Positions 19,268 to 27,716 of a stretch of DNA of 64,000 bases are shown here, one piece after another. Numbering within the stretch: the first letter of the stretch is position 1; each line of letters opens with the position of its first letter. Under the pieces are notes generated by a model. The model made no database searches and had not been told where the DNA came from. It saw nothing but the letters and a program-made list of their open reading frames with translations. The stretch comes from Thermoplasmata archaeon (GTDB taxonomy: Archaea; Thermoplasmatota; Thermoplasmata; Lutacidiplasmatales; UBA184): positions 128,001 through 192,000 of the forward strand of contig JAGWLG010000001.1 in assembly GCA_028864975.1 (NCBI GenBank), read 5' to 3'. The position numbers and the translations under genes were made by a program.

Positions 19268-20233
19268 ATGCTCTACGTGCGGAAGGCAGGAGTGGTCGGC
19301 GCGGGAACGATGGGGGCCGCCATCGCGGAGGTCCTGGCGTTCAACGAGATCCCGGTCGTCCTGAAGGAGGTCAACGAGGAGCTCGTCCAGAAGGGTCTCG
19401 CGCGGGTCAAGGGGATCGTCGACGAGCTCGTCGCGTTCCACGAAGGACGCGCGGAGAAGGAGATCGAGCGGATCGAGGAGATGGGGCTGAAGCTCAACGA
19501 CGAGCAGAAGGCCGCCATCCGGGCGAAGCTGAAGCCCAAGGTGGACCGCAAACGCGGGGACGAGGTCCTCGCTCGGGTGAAGGGGACCACAAGCTGGGAC
19601 GAGTTCAAGGACGTCGACCTGGTCGTCGAGGCCGCCTTCGAGAAGGAGTCGGTCAAGAAGGAGGTCTTCGCCGCGCTCGACAAGGCGCTTCCCGACCACG
19701 CGATCATCGCGAGCAACACCTCTTCGCTCTCGATCACCCAGCTGGCGAAGGGGTTGAAGCACTGCGGAAGCACCCTCATCGCCCACTTCTTCAACCCCCC
19801 CTACACGCTTCCGCTCGTCGAGATCGTGGCGGGCGTGGACACGCGTGAGGACGTGGTCAGCGACACCGTGGACTTCTTTCAGGGACTGCGCAACCACCGC
19901 TACCCGATGGTCCCGATCCGCGTCAAGGAGGTCCCGGGGTTCCTCGTGAACCGGCTGCTCATCCCGATGCTGAACGAGGCGTGCTTTGCCCTCGAGGAGG
20001 GGGTCGCTTCCGCCCGCGACATGGACATCGCCCTCAAGGCGGGAGCCGGGAACCCGATGGGACCGCTGGAGCTCGCCGACATGATCGGGCTCGACGTCTG
20101 CCTGGACGTAGCCGAGATCCTCCACCGCGAGTACGGCGACCCCAAGTACCGCCCCGCGATCGCGCTCAAGCGACTGGTCGCAGCGGGCCACCTAGGTCGC
20201 AAGACCGGTCGCGGTTTCTACGAGTACACCTGA
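19268..20233 (+). CDS. 3-hydroxyacyl-CoA dehydrogenase (NAD-binding)
   Basis: GVVGAGTMG, DLVVEAAFE, IASNTSSLSIT, HFFNP, PGFLVNRLL and PMGPLELADMIGLDV. Confidence 0.93.
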   Translation: MLYVRKAGVVGAGTMGAAIAEVLAFNEIPVVLKEVNEELVQKGLARVKGIVDELVAFHEGRAEKEIERIEEMGLKLNDEQKAAIRAKLKPKVDRKRGDEVLARVKGTTSWDEFKDVDLVVEAAFEKESVKKEVFAALDKALPDHAIIASNTSSLSITQLAKGLKHCGSTLIAHFFNPPYTLPLVEIVAGVDTREDVVSDTVDFFQGLRNHRYPMVPIRVKEVPGFLVNRLLIPMLNEACFALEEGVASARDMDIALKAGAGNPMGPLELADMIGLDVCLDVAEILHREYGDPKYRPAIALKRLVAAGHLGRKTGRGFYEYT

Positions 20234-20248
20234 GCGGGTTCGGGACGC

Positions 20249-23200
20249 TCAGCGCGTCCCCTGGGCTTCCTCGGGGCCACCCGACGGAGGCGGGGGAGCT
20301 ACTCCTCCCGATCCCTCACCCGCCCACGGAACGACCGGGGGCGCGCTCGAGGTCCCAGGACCCATAGGGGGCAGCGCCCTCGAGGGGACCGCTCCTCTCG
20401 CACCGAGATGGGGGCGCCTCGCCCGCGAATATCGGAACCGGTGGTGGAGCCAGAGGAGGAATCCGACCAAGAGGAGGGAGCTCGCGAGAGCGTAGAGGAG
20501 CGAGACCGTCGATGCGGACGACGCATGCGCGGGGACCGAAAGGTAGGCCCCCTGGGAATAGCCTCCGACAGCGCCCGTGAGCGCTCCCAAGCTGAAGAGG
20601 GCCGTAGCCAGGAGGGGCTCGGCGCGCATCCTTCTCACCGAGAGTCGCTGCTCCGGTGTGAAGGGACGCCGGTACTTCCATCCGGTGCGAAGGAGTTCGA
20701 TGCCCGCGACCCCGACCGCGAGGAGAAGCCCCACGAGGAAGCTCAGGAACTCGGGGCCGAGCGTGAGCGCAAAGAGCCCTCCGAAGACGGATGCGATGAT
20801 GGGTCCTCGAAGCGATGGGGAGCCCGAGGAGACCACCGTGCCGTTCACGATGCTCTCTCCGTAGAAGGCGACCGCCCCGCCCTGGCTGGTCAGGAGGCCG
20901 GTCTGGAAGACCGCACCCGAGATGTTCGCCCCCTGCGGGAAGGTCGCCGTGTCGTTCGGAAGCACGATCGTCCCGGTGAGGGTTAGCCCCCCCGCGGACA
21001 TCGAGCCGTTGTTGACTTCCATGAATCCCCCGAGCGTGGCCCCGTCGCCCAGGTCGATGTAGCCCACCGTGAGGCTCGAACCCCAGACCGCCGCGCTACC
21101 GGTCGCGACCGTGTGCCCGACGATGCGGCTCTCGCCGTGCACGAAGTATCCCTGGGCGTTCGCCGTGATCGTCCCCAAGGAGACGGTGAACCCCGTGAGG
21201 TCGATCGCGCCGTTGAGGCGGAACTCGCCCCAGCGCAGCGTATAGTTCCCTGCTACGTCGAGCCCGGGGAGCTGCGTGCGGCCCAACGTCAGGACCGGGC
21301 CCTGGAAGTCGGCGGTGCCGGTGAGCTCGATCCACCCACGGGAGTAGACGGACCCCTGAGCGGAGAGCGACCCTGAGATGACGACCTGGGCCGCGGAGAG
21401 GCTCGCCGAGCCGGCGATGGTCACGTTCCCGGTCGTGTTGACGTTCCCTACGATGTGGGCCGCGCCGGCGAGGTTGATGTTCCCCACTAGGGAGAGCGAG
21501 GTCCCGGCCTCGGTCGCCAGCGTGGAGTCGCCGGTCACCAGGACCGTCCCGGTCATGCCGAGGGTGCCGAGGATGACCGACGTCCCGTTCTCCGCGAAGA
21601 CGCCGTGGTCCACCGTGAGCCTTCCCGAAAGCGAGACGTTCCCCGCGACGCTCGAGGTGCCGGTGCCGTTCACGACGCCCCCGGCCGAGGAGAGGGAGAA
21701 GGTCCCGGTGAGGCTCATGCCGGGAAAGTGGGCCGTGCCGCTCGAGGAGACCGCTCCGGAGAACGCCGTCACCCCGTCGACGGAGACGTTCCCTTGGGCC
21801 TGGACCGAGCCCAAGACCACGAGCCCGGAGGGGAAGGAGACCGTCGTCCCGTTGAACGAGGAGGTCCCGTTGGCGAAGGAGGTTCCCCGTACCATGACGC
21901 TGCCCAGGACCCTCGAGGTCCATGGGGACCCGGCCCCTCCTCCCGAGCCCATGAGGACCGTCGCGTTCAGGTGGAGCGCGCCGCCGGGCGCGGTCTGAAG
22001 TTCCGCGTTCCCGCGGACCACGATCGAGCGGTTCACGTCGACCGTCCCGTTGAGCCACGCCGAACCGACCACGGAGTAGGTCGTGGAGTTGACCCAGGTC
22101 CATCCACGGCCCACGCTCGTTCCTTGAAGCAGCGTGCTCCCCACGCCGACGAAGCTCCCGTCGGTCAGGAGGAAGGTTCCGTCCATGAACGAATGAGGGA
22201 GCGATATCGCCCCCGAGCTCGAGATGAGGCCGGCAAAGGCGGTGGTGCCGGAGGTCCCGACCGAGCCCGAGGCCACCATCGTTCCGTTCAGCGACAGGTT
22301 CCCCCCGATGTGGATCAGGGTCGAGTTCTGCACGAACTCTCCTGCGATGGTGAGGTTCCCGGAGGCGTTCGTGGACCCGAGGATCGTCACATCGGAGTCG
22401 ATGGTGGTCGGCCCCAGCGTCTCGACGGCGCCGCCCGGGGCGGTCTGGATCTCGATCTGGGGACCCAGCTCGAGGTGGTGCTTGAAGAGCTGCTCCCCGG
22501 CGCTGTCGAGGTGCCCCTGGACGACCAGGCCCCCCGCATTGTAGAAGGTGCCTCCGTTGTCCGCCGTGGCCTGGGCCGAGAAGGTGCCGTTGACCACGAC
22601 CGACGCGTTCAGGCTCTCGCCGCGAGAGACGGTGACCCGACCGTACGTCGAAAGGAGCGCGGGATAGGTCGCCCCCGCGTTCACGGTGAGACGCGGGCTT
22701 CCCTGGTCGGCGACCATCGAGATGTTCGGGCCCACCCCCGGCGGGACGGAGATGGAGAGCCGGGAGTCCGGCATCGACGCGGTCATTCCCGATCCCCCAG
22801 AGAGCGTCTGCCCCAGGATCGAGAAATGCGTCCCGGCCCCCCAGGTGATCGAGACGACCGGGATCTTGACCACGCATCCAAGGAGGAGCACGCAGAGCGA
22901 TGCGACGTAGTGCTGCCCCACCGCCACCGGCACCGTGACCGCGGGCAACCCCGGGATCTGGGCGACAATGTTGACCGGCCCCGAGGAGTTCGCGTAGTTG
23001 ATCACTTGCGACGCGTTGAGGACCTGGATGTTCGTCCCCCCGCCGAAGCTGTAGAAGCCTCCGGCCTGGTTCGCGTCGATCGTGAGGTTGACCCCGATCG
23101 CCGTCATGAGGTAGGTGTCGCCATTTGTGGCGTCGCCGAAGGCCAGGTTCCCCTCCATGACGTTGAAGGCGGTCTGGTTCTGGGGCGAAGCGTCCACCCA

Positions 23201-23770
23201 GAAGCTGCCCCCGCCGTTGGAGGAGAAGACCGGTGCGGGGGTTCCCGGCAGTGCCGCGATCTGCATCGAGCCGGTCACGGTCGTCGGACCGTACTCGGCC
23301 CAGCCCTGGGTCTCCGTGAGTCCCGAGGTAACCGCGCTCCCGACGATGTGCACATCTCCCGCGAGGTAGGTCGATGAGGCTGCGAAGCTGCCGTTCACGT
23401 GCACGCTCCCATTGATCGCCGTGGAGGGAGGGGAGCTCCTGGGAAGCGTGGGAACAGGCGCCGCGGATGGGCCCGAGAGCGGGTCGGACGTACCCGGGGG
23501 CGAAGCCGGGACTGTTGTGGGCCCTCGTGGCTCCGGTAGCACCGGCGAAGGTCCCGACGATTCGGGGCCACTCCCGAGAGAGCGTGGGACGGGTCCGCCG
23601 ACCTTCCCGAACGTCCCGGGGGCGGTGAGGAGCGAGACCGAGCTCAGGACGAGGAGCCCTACGATCAGGGCGATGGGGAGAGAGCAGTACGCTTCCAAGG
23701 CTCCACCGGACGCGGGACGGGCGCAGCCAGACTTCCCCCGCGTAATGAGCGTTGGCTCCGTTGGGACCAC
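20249..23770 (-). CDS. Large membrane-anchored Gly/Ser/Thr-rich beta-solenoid-like surface protein
   Basis: GTG 23770 preceded by GAGGAGG. N-terminal hydrophobic segment, about 900 aa of alternating hydrophobic/small-residue strands with many N-x-S/T sequons, several C-terminal TM helices and a Pro-rich tail. Confidence 0.8.
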   Translation of the reverse strand: MVPTEPTLITRGKSGCARPASGGALEAYCSLPIALIVGLLVLSSVSLLTAPGTFGKVGGPVPRSLGSGPESSGPSPVLPEPRGPTTVPASPPGTSDPLSGPSAAPVPTLPRSSPPSTAINGSVHVNGSFAASSTYLAGDVHIVGSAVTSGLTETQGWAEYGPTTVTGSMQIAALPGTPAPVFSSNGGGSFWVDASPQNQTAFNVMEGNLAFGDATNGDTYLMTAIGVNLTIDANQAGGFYSFGGGTNIQVLNASQVINYANSSGPVNIVAQIPGLPAVTVPVAVGQHYVASLCVLLLGCVVKIPVVSITWGAGTHFSILGQTLSGGSGMTASMPDSRLSISVPPGVGPNISMVADQGSPRLTVNAGATYPALLSTYGRVTVSRGESLNASVVVNGTFSAQATADNGGTFYNAGGLVVQGHLDSAGEQLFKHHLELGPQIEIQTAPGGAVETLGPTTIDSDVTILGSTNASGNLTIAGEFVQNSTLIHIGGNLSLNGTMVASGSVGTSGTTAFAGLISSSGAISLPHSFMDGTFLLTDGSFVGVGSTLLQGTSVGRGWTWVNSTTYSVVGSAWLNGTVDVNRSIVVRGNAELQTAPGGALHLNATVLMGSGGGAGSPWTSRVLGSVMVRGTSFANGTSSFNGTTVSFPSGLVVLGSVQAQGNVSVDGVTAFSGAVSSSGTAHFPGMSLTGTFSLSSAGGVVNGTGTSSVAGNVSLSGRLTVDHGVFAENGTSVILGTLGMTGTVLVTGDSTLATEAGTSLSLVGNINLAGAAHIVGNVNTTGNVTIAGSASLSAAQVVISGSLSAQGSVYSRGWIELTGTADFQGPVLTLGRTQLPGLDVAGNYTLRWGEFRLNGAIDLTGFTVSLGTITANAQGYFVHGESRIVGHTVATGSAAVWGSSLTVGYIDLGDGATLGGFMEVNNGSMSAGGLTLTGTIVLPNDTATFPQGANISGAVFQTGLLTSQGGAVAFYGESIVNGTVVSSGSPSLRGPIIASVFGGLFALTLGPEFLSFLVGLLLAVGVAGIELLRTGWKYRRPFTPEQRLSVRRMRAEPLLATALFSLGALTGAVGGYSQGAYLSVPAHASSASTVSLLYALASSLLLVGFLLWLHHRFRYSRARRPHLGARGAVPSRALPPMGPGTSSAPPVVPWAGEGSGGVAPPPPSGGPEEAQGTR

Positions 23771-23838
23771 GGGGCCTCCTCGAGGGGAGGGGCGACAGGG
23801 TGGCGAAATTCGTAAGTGGCTGCCGTTCGACCGACAGA

Positions 23839-23866
23839 TATATACTGTTTGTCTGACAAGTGTCAG
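23839..23866. promoter_or_regulatory. Bidirectional TATA box (TATATA 23839-23844) plus palindromic operator CTGACA-AG-TGTCAG (23853-23866)
   Basis: Directly visible; lies between the divergent surface-protein gene and ATG 23872. Confidence 0.6.
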
Positions 23867-23871
23867 CACGG

Positions 23872-24033
23872 ATGACGCCCGTCAAGATCGAGCTGGCACC
23901 GTTGTCCCATGAGCCCACCGTACGCCGACAGTACCGACCCGCAGACCGTGCCTACGCCGAAGCAGGGCGCACCCTCTTCGGACTGGCCGGGCTCTCGGTC
24001 GTGATCTTCCCCTCCAGCGAGCCCGAGGAGTGA
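23872..24033 (+). CDS. Small hypothetical protein (53 aa), below the ORF-track cutoff
   Basis: MTPVKIELAPLSHEPTVRRQYRPADRAYAEAGRTLFGLAGLSVVIFPSSEPEE*. ATG is 27 nt after the TATA box; the stop overlaps the next GTG (GTGA). Confidence 0.55.
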   Translation: MTPVKIELAPLSHEPTVRRQYRPADRAYAEAGRTLFGLAGLSVVIFPSSEPEE

Positions 24034-24458
24034 GCGGTGCCTTCCCTCGCACGCTCCCGCCTCCTCGGCGGGGCCTTCGGGCCTCTCCGCTGCCCGTCGT
24101 TCGGGACCCTGGGGCCCGGGGAGCCTCGGTTCCGTTGTCGGCAGCGGGCGGAGCCAGCGCCGGGCGTGGCTGCCCGTCGCCGGTGCCGTGTTCCAAGGTT
24201 GCGGTCGAGCCCGCGAGGGAGGGCGCCGCCGATGCGGAGCTGTCAATGCCTTCGATGAGCACCCTTCCCGGCACCTGGTGGTCCACCCTCTGGCTCTGGC
24301 CCACCTCGGCGGGCCCTCTCGGGCAACGCCGCTGCCGTTGGTGTGTGCACGGACAGGTCTCCTGTCCCAGCTGCAGCGGGGGCTCACCGGACTGCTACCG
24401 TTGCAGCGGCAAAGGCCAGCTCGTCTGCATGGTGTGTGGGGGCGAGAGCGCGGTATGA
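24030..24458 (+). CDS. Hypothetical protein with DnaJ-type Cys-rich zinc finger
   Basis: C-terminal CRWCVHGQVSCPSCSGGSPDCYRCSGKGQLVCMVCGG (CxxCxGxG-like repeats). The start may be later (ATG 24246). Confidence 0.55.
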   Translation: MSGAFPRTLPPPRRGLRASPLPVVRDPGARGASVPLSAAGGASAGRGCPSPVPCSKVAVEPAREGAADAELSMPSMSTLPGTWWSTLWLWPTSAGPLGQRRCRWCVHGQVSCPSCSGGSPDCYRCSGKGQLVCMVCGGESAV

Positions 24459-24489
24459 TCCGAACGGTTCGGGAGTGTCGGAGCGCCGA

Positions 24490-25872
24490 CTACCGACCGT
24501 CGTGGGTCTGAAGCGTTGCCTGCAGCTGCCGGCGCCGCTTCTGCGCTTCTTCCGCGTTGGGGTCGGTCGTCGGCCCGTCCTCGGAGGAGCGTCCCCCCTC
24601 CGCGGGAGGGTCGACGAGGACGGCCGTCGGGGGCTCCAGCTCGGGATTGCTGGTGAGGCTCTCCCGCTCGAGGATGGCGCTCGTCGAGGACTCGACCTGG
24701 CTCACCGCCTCTTCCCGCTCCCGGTGGATGTCCTCGCGCTGTTTCCACATCTTGAGGTGGCTCCGCCGTTCGCTCTCGAGAAGCTCGTGCTCCTTGAGGT
24801 CCAGCTGGAGCAATCGCTTCAGGTTCCGGTCGAACTCGTCCCCCCGGATGTAGTCGAAGAGCTGGGACTCCTTGCGGTCGCGATGGGCGCCGCTCGCCCG
24901 GGCGAGGTCGATCTTCACGATCTGGCGCCGGAGCACCTCGACCAAGGCCGTGAGCGCGCTACGCTTCACGATCAGGATTCCGTCCTCCTCCGCCACGAGG
25001 CGGTCGGCCGCATCGGTGGGCATCTCGTCCGTGACCACGAGGACGTAGTCGGTGCTGTGGATCTCCCGGTACGTCCGGGCGCTGGAGAGGTCCTTCGCGT
25101 TGACCTTCTTCCCCACCTTGTTGTCGTAGACGATGGCCGTGGGGGTGTAGACCCCGGGGGCCCGTGAGATCCGCTGGACGATGTCCGCGGACCTCTGGCC
25201 GGGGCGGGAGACCTTCTGGACGTCGTCGTCCGGGAAGGCGGCCTTGAGGGTCTCCTTGAGCAGGAACTCCCCCGCGTCCCCCGTCACGTCCGACGGGGAA
25301 CGGCGCATCGATTCCCGCATCTCCTCCAGCTGCTTCTCGAGCCGGGTCTCGTGGGTCTTGAGCTCCTGCACCTGCTGCTGCCATCGGGAGATCTCGGTGG
25401 AGGCGTCCGAGCGCGCGCGCTCCGCGATCGCCCTCTCCTTCTGAGAGAACTCCTCCCGGAGCTTCTGTCGCTCCTCTTCCCACGACTTCTGCCGTTGGGC
25501 GGCCTCGGCGACCTCCTTCTGCAGGATCTCCACATCCCGTCGGTGCCGGTCCTCGATAGCCGCGACCTGGGCCTTTTGGAACTCTCCCATCTGCGCCTTG
25601 AGCTGCTCGAGCCCTTCCTGGTTCTGCGTTCGGAGCTGCTTCATTGCTTCGTGTTGCTCCCGCTCCAGCCGCTCCATCTCTCTCTTGCGTCGGGCTTCGG
25701 CCTCCTCGAGCCGTGCCTCCGCCTCACGGCTACGGGTCTCGAGCTCGCGTTGATGCTGGAGCCGCAGCCGCTCGAGGGCCTCGGCGCTGCCTTGGTGGAG
25801 CGCGTGAAGCTCCTCGGGCTTGAGCTCGATAAAGCAGACCGGACATCGGAGGGGTGCGGCAGGGTCCGGCAT
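24490..25872 (-). CDS. DUF2130-like coiled-coil protein with restriction-endonuclease-like domain
   Basis: Long E/K/R/Q coiled coil, then GDAGEFLL...AFPDDDV...ADIVQ...IVYDNK. Start ATG 25872 (alternative 25917). Confidence 0.7.
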   Translation of the reverse strand: MPDPAAPLRCPVCFIELKPEELHALHQGSAEALERLRLQHQRELETRSREAEARLEEAEARRKREMERLEREQHEAMKQLRTQNQEGLEQLKAQMGEFQKAQVAAIEDRHRRDVEILQKEVAEAAQRQKSWEEERQKLREEFSQKERAIAERARSDASTEISRWQQQVQELKTHETRLEKQLEEMRESMRRSPSDVTGDAGEFLLKETLKAAFPDDDVQKVSRPGQRSADIVQRISRAPGVYTPTAIVYDNKVGKKVNAKDLSSARTYREIHSTDYVLVVTDEMPTDAADRLVAEEDGILIVKRSALTALVEVLRRQIVKIDLARASGAHRDRKESQLFDYIRGDEFDRNLKRLLQLDLKEHELLESERRSHLKMWKQREDIHREREEAVSQVESSTSAILERESLTSNPELEPPTAVLVDPPAEGGRSSEDGPTTDPNAEEAQKRRRQLQATLQTHDGR

Positions 25873-26020
25873 GGTCGAACGGTCTCGGATGTCGACGGGA
25901 GCGAATGAAGGTTCCATCCGGAGGTTCGTCGTGTCGAGTGGTGGTGAGGAGGCCGTTCCCGACACTCTGTCGCCCGAGCTAACATATAAAGGCAGGTTCC
26001 CCTGGGGAAGCCCCGCGAGG

Positions 26021-26434
26021 ATGCCCATGGTGAAGTTCCCGAGCCAGGAGTGGATCGACCAGTTCAAGGAGAAGATCAACACGAACGCCGCGTACGAGGA
26101 CGCAGCGAAGACCTGGGAGGGGGACTTCATCTTCCTGGTCGAGGCGGACGGACCGCTCACCTCCCCGGTCGCGCTCTACATGGACCTCTTCCACGGCAAG
26201 TGCCGCGACGCCAAGATGCTCTCCAGCCCCTCGGAGAAGACCGCGGCGTACACCTACCAGGGGCCCTACGGCAACTGGCGGAAGCTGATCAACAAGGAGA
26301 TCGACCCGATCCAGGGGATGATGACGGGGAAGTTCAAGCTCAAGGGCAACATGATGAAGATCATGCGATACACCCGGGCCGCGAAGGAGCTCATCAACAC
26401 CGCTTCGGCGATCCCGACGGAGTTCCCCGGTTAA
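26021..26434 (+). CDS. SCP2 sterol/lipid-binding domain protein
   Basis: FPSQEW...INTNAAYEDAAKTWEG...GPYGNWRKLINKEIDPIQGMMTGKFKLKGNMMKIMR. TATAAA at 25985-25990. Start 26021 or 26027. Confidence 0.88.
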   Translation: MPMVKFPSQEWIDQFKEKINTNAAYEDAAKTWEGDFIFLVEADGPLTSPVALYMDLFHGKCRDAKMLSSPSEKTAAYTYQGPYGNWRKLINKEIDPIQGMMTGKFKLKGNMMKIMRYTRAAKELINTASAIPTEFPG

Positions 26435-26513
26435 CGTCCCTCGACCGAACCGCTCCCGGGGGTCGATCTCGCACCATCGAGGGCACCTACGGGAGAGGAG
26501 GTCGTTCCGTTCC

Positions 26514-27674
26514 ATGTGGTTCTTCACGGCGCCGAAGATCGTCTTTGGTGCGGGAGCCATCGAGTTCTTGGCCTCGCTCCCGACCAAGAAGGCGATGATC
26601 GTGTGCGACCGTTTCCTCGCCGAGCAGGGGACCTACAAGCCGGTGCAAGAGCAGCTGGAGAAGGCCGGAGCGAGCGTGAAGGTCTTCGGGGAGGTCGAGC
26701 CGGAGCCCCACATCACCACGGTGTCCTCCGGGCTCAAGATCGCCAGGGCGTTCGAGCCCGATACGATCGTCGGGCTGGGCGGTGGGAGCGCCATGGACAT
26801 GGCCAAGGCCATTTACGCGCTCTACGAGCGACCCGACCTCACCATCTACGATCTGACCCCGATCGTTGACCTCAACCTCGGGAAGAAGGCCCGTCTCATC
26901 CAGGTCCCGACCACGAGCGGGACGGGGGCCGAGACGACCTGGGCGACCATCATCACGGAGGGAGAGGGGGGACGGAAGCTGGAGCTCGCGCACCGCGACC
27001 TCATCGCCCAGTGGGCCGTCCTGGACCCGATGTTCCCCTCCTCGATGCCCCCGAAGCTGACGGCGGACACCGGGGCGGACGCCCTCGCCCACTCCATCGA
27101 ATCGATCTCCTCCCAGTGGTCGAACCCGTTCTCGGACGCCATGGGGATGAAGGCCGTGGACACGATCTTCCGCTACCTTCCGAAGGCGGTGAAGGGCCAG
27201 CCGGTCCCATCGGAGGTGCGCGAGGAGCTCCACCTCGCGGCGGCGATGGCCGGGCTCTCCTTCGGGAACGCCCAGATCGGCATCGGCCACGCGCTTGGCC
27301 ACGCCTTCGGATCGGTCTTCAAGGTCCCGCACGGTCGGACCGTCGGGCTCTTCCTCCCCTACCACATCGAGTTCAACTTCGCGGCCGCCCGAGACAAGTT
27401 CGCGCGCCTATCGCCGGTCCTCGGCGACTCGACCGTGAGGAACGCCCGGGACCTTTCGGCGAAGGTTCGTTCGCTCTGGGACCAGATCGGGATGTCGAAG
27501 ACGATCCCGGAGGCCACCAAGGTGACGGAGAAGGAGTTCGAGGAGAAGCTCCCCGAGCTCGTCGAGCGCGCCGATTCTTCGACCGGTCTCGTCGCGAACG
27601 CGCGCGTGCCCACCTCCCAGGAGCTCGAGCGCATCCTCCGCGCGGCGTGGTCGGGCGCGCCGGTCGACTTCTAG
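26514..27674 (+). CDS. Iron-containing alcohol dehydrogenase
   Basis: GEVEPEP, GLGGGSAMDMAK, VPTTSGTGAE, DALAHSIES and GHALGHAFG...PHG metal-binding His residues. Confidence 0.93.
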   Translation: MWFFTAPKIVFGAGAIEFLASLPTKKAMIVCDRFLAEQGTYKPVQEQLEKAGASVKVFGEVEPEPHITTVSSGLKIARAFEPDTIVGLGGGSAMDMAKAIYALYERPDLTIYDLTPIVDLNLGKKARLIQVPTTSGTGAETTWATIITEGEGGRKLELAHRDLIAQWAVLDPMFPSSMPPKLTADTGADALAHSIESISSQWSNPFSDAMGMKAVDTIFRYLPKAVKGQPVPSEVREELHLAAAMAGLSFGNAQIGIGHALGHAFGSVFKVPHGRTVGLFLPYHIEFNFAAARDKFARLSPVLGDSTVRNARDLSAKVRSLWDQIGMSKTIPEATKVTEKEFEEKLPELVERADSSTGLVANARVPTSQELERILRAAWSGAPVDF

Positions 27675-27716
27675 AGCTCCACCACTCGAACCAGGAAAGG
27701 AGAACGCGAGGCGAAC

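Noticed and set aside
20242-20260. Hairpin GGGACGC-TCAGC-GCGTCCC between convergent genes as a terminator
   Set aside because: It is a short stem in very GC-rich DNA, overlaps a stop codon and has no U-tract, so it cannot be distinguished from chance.
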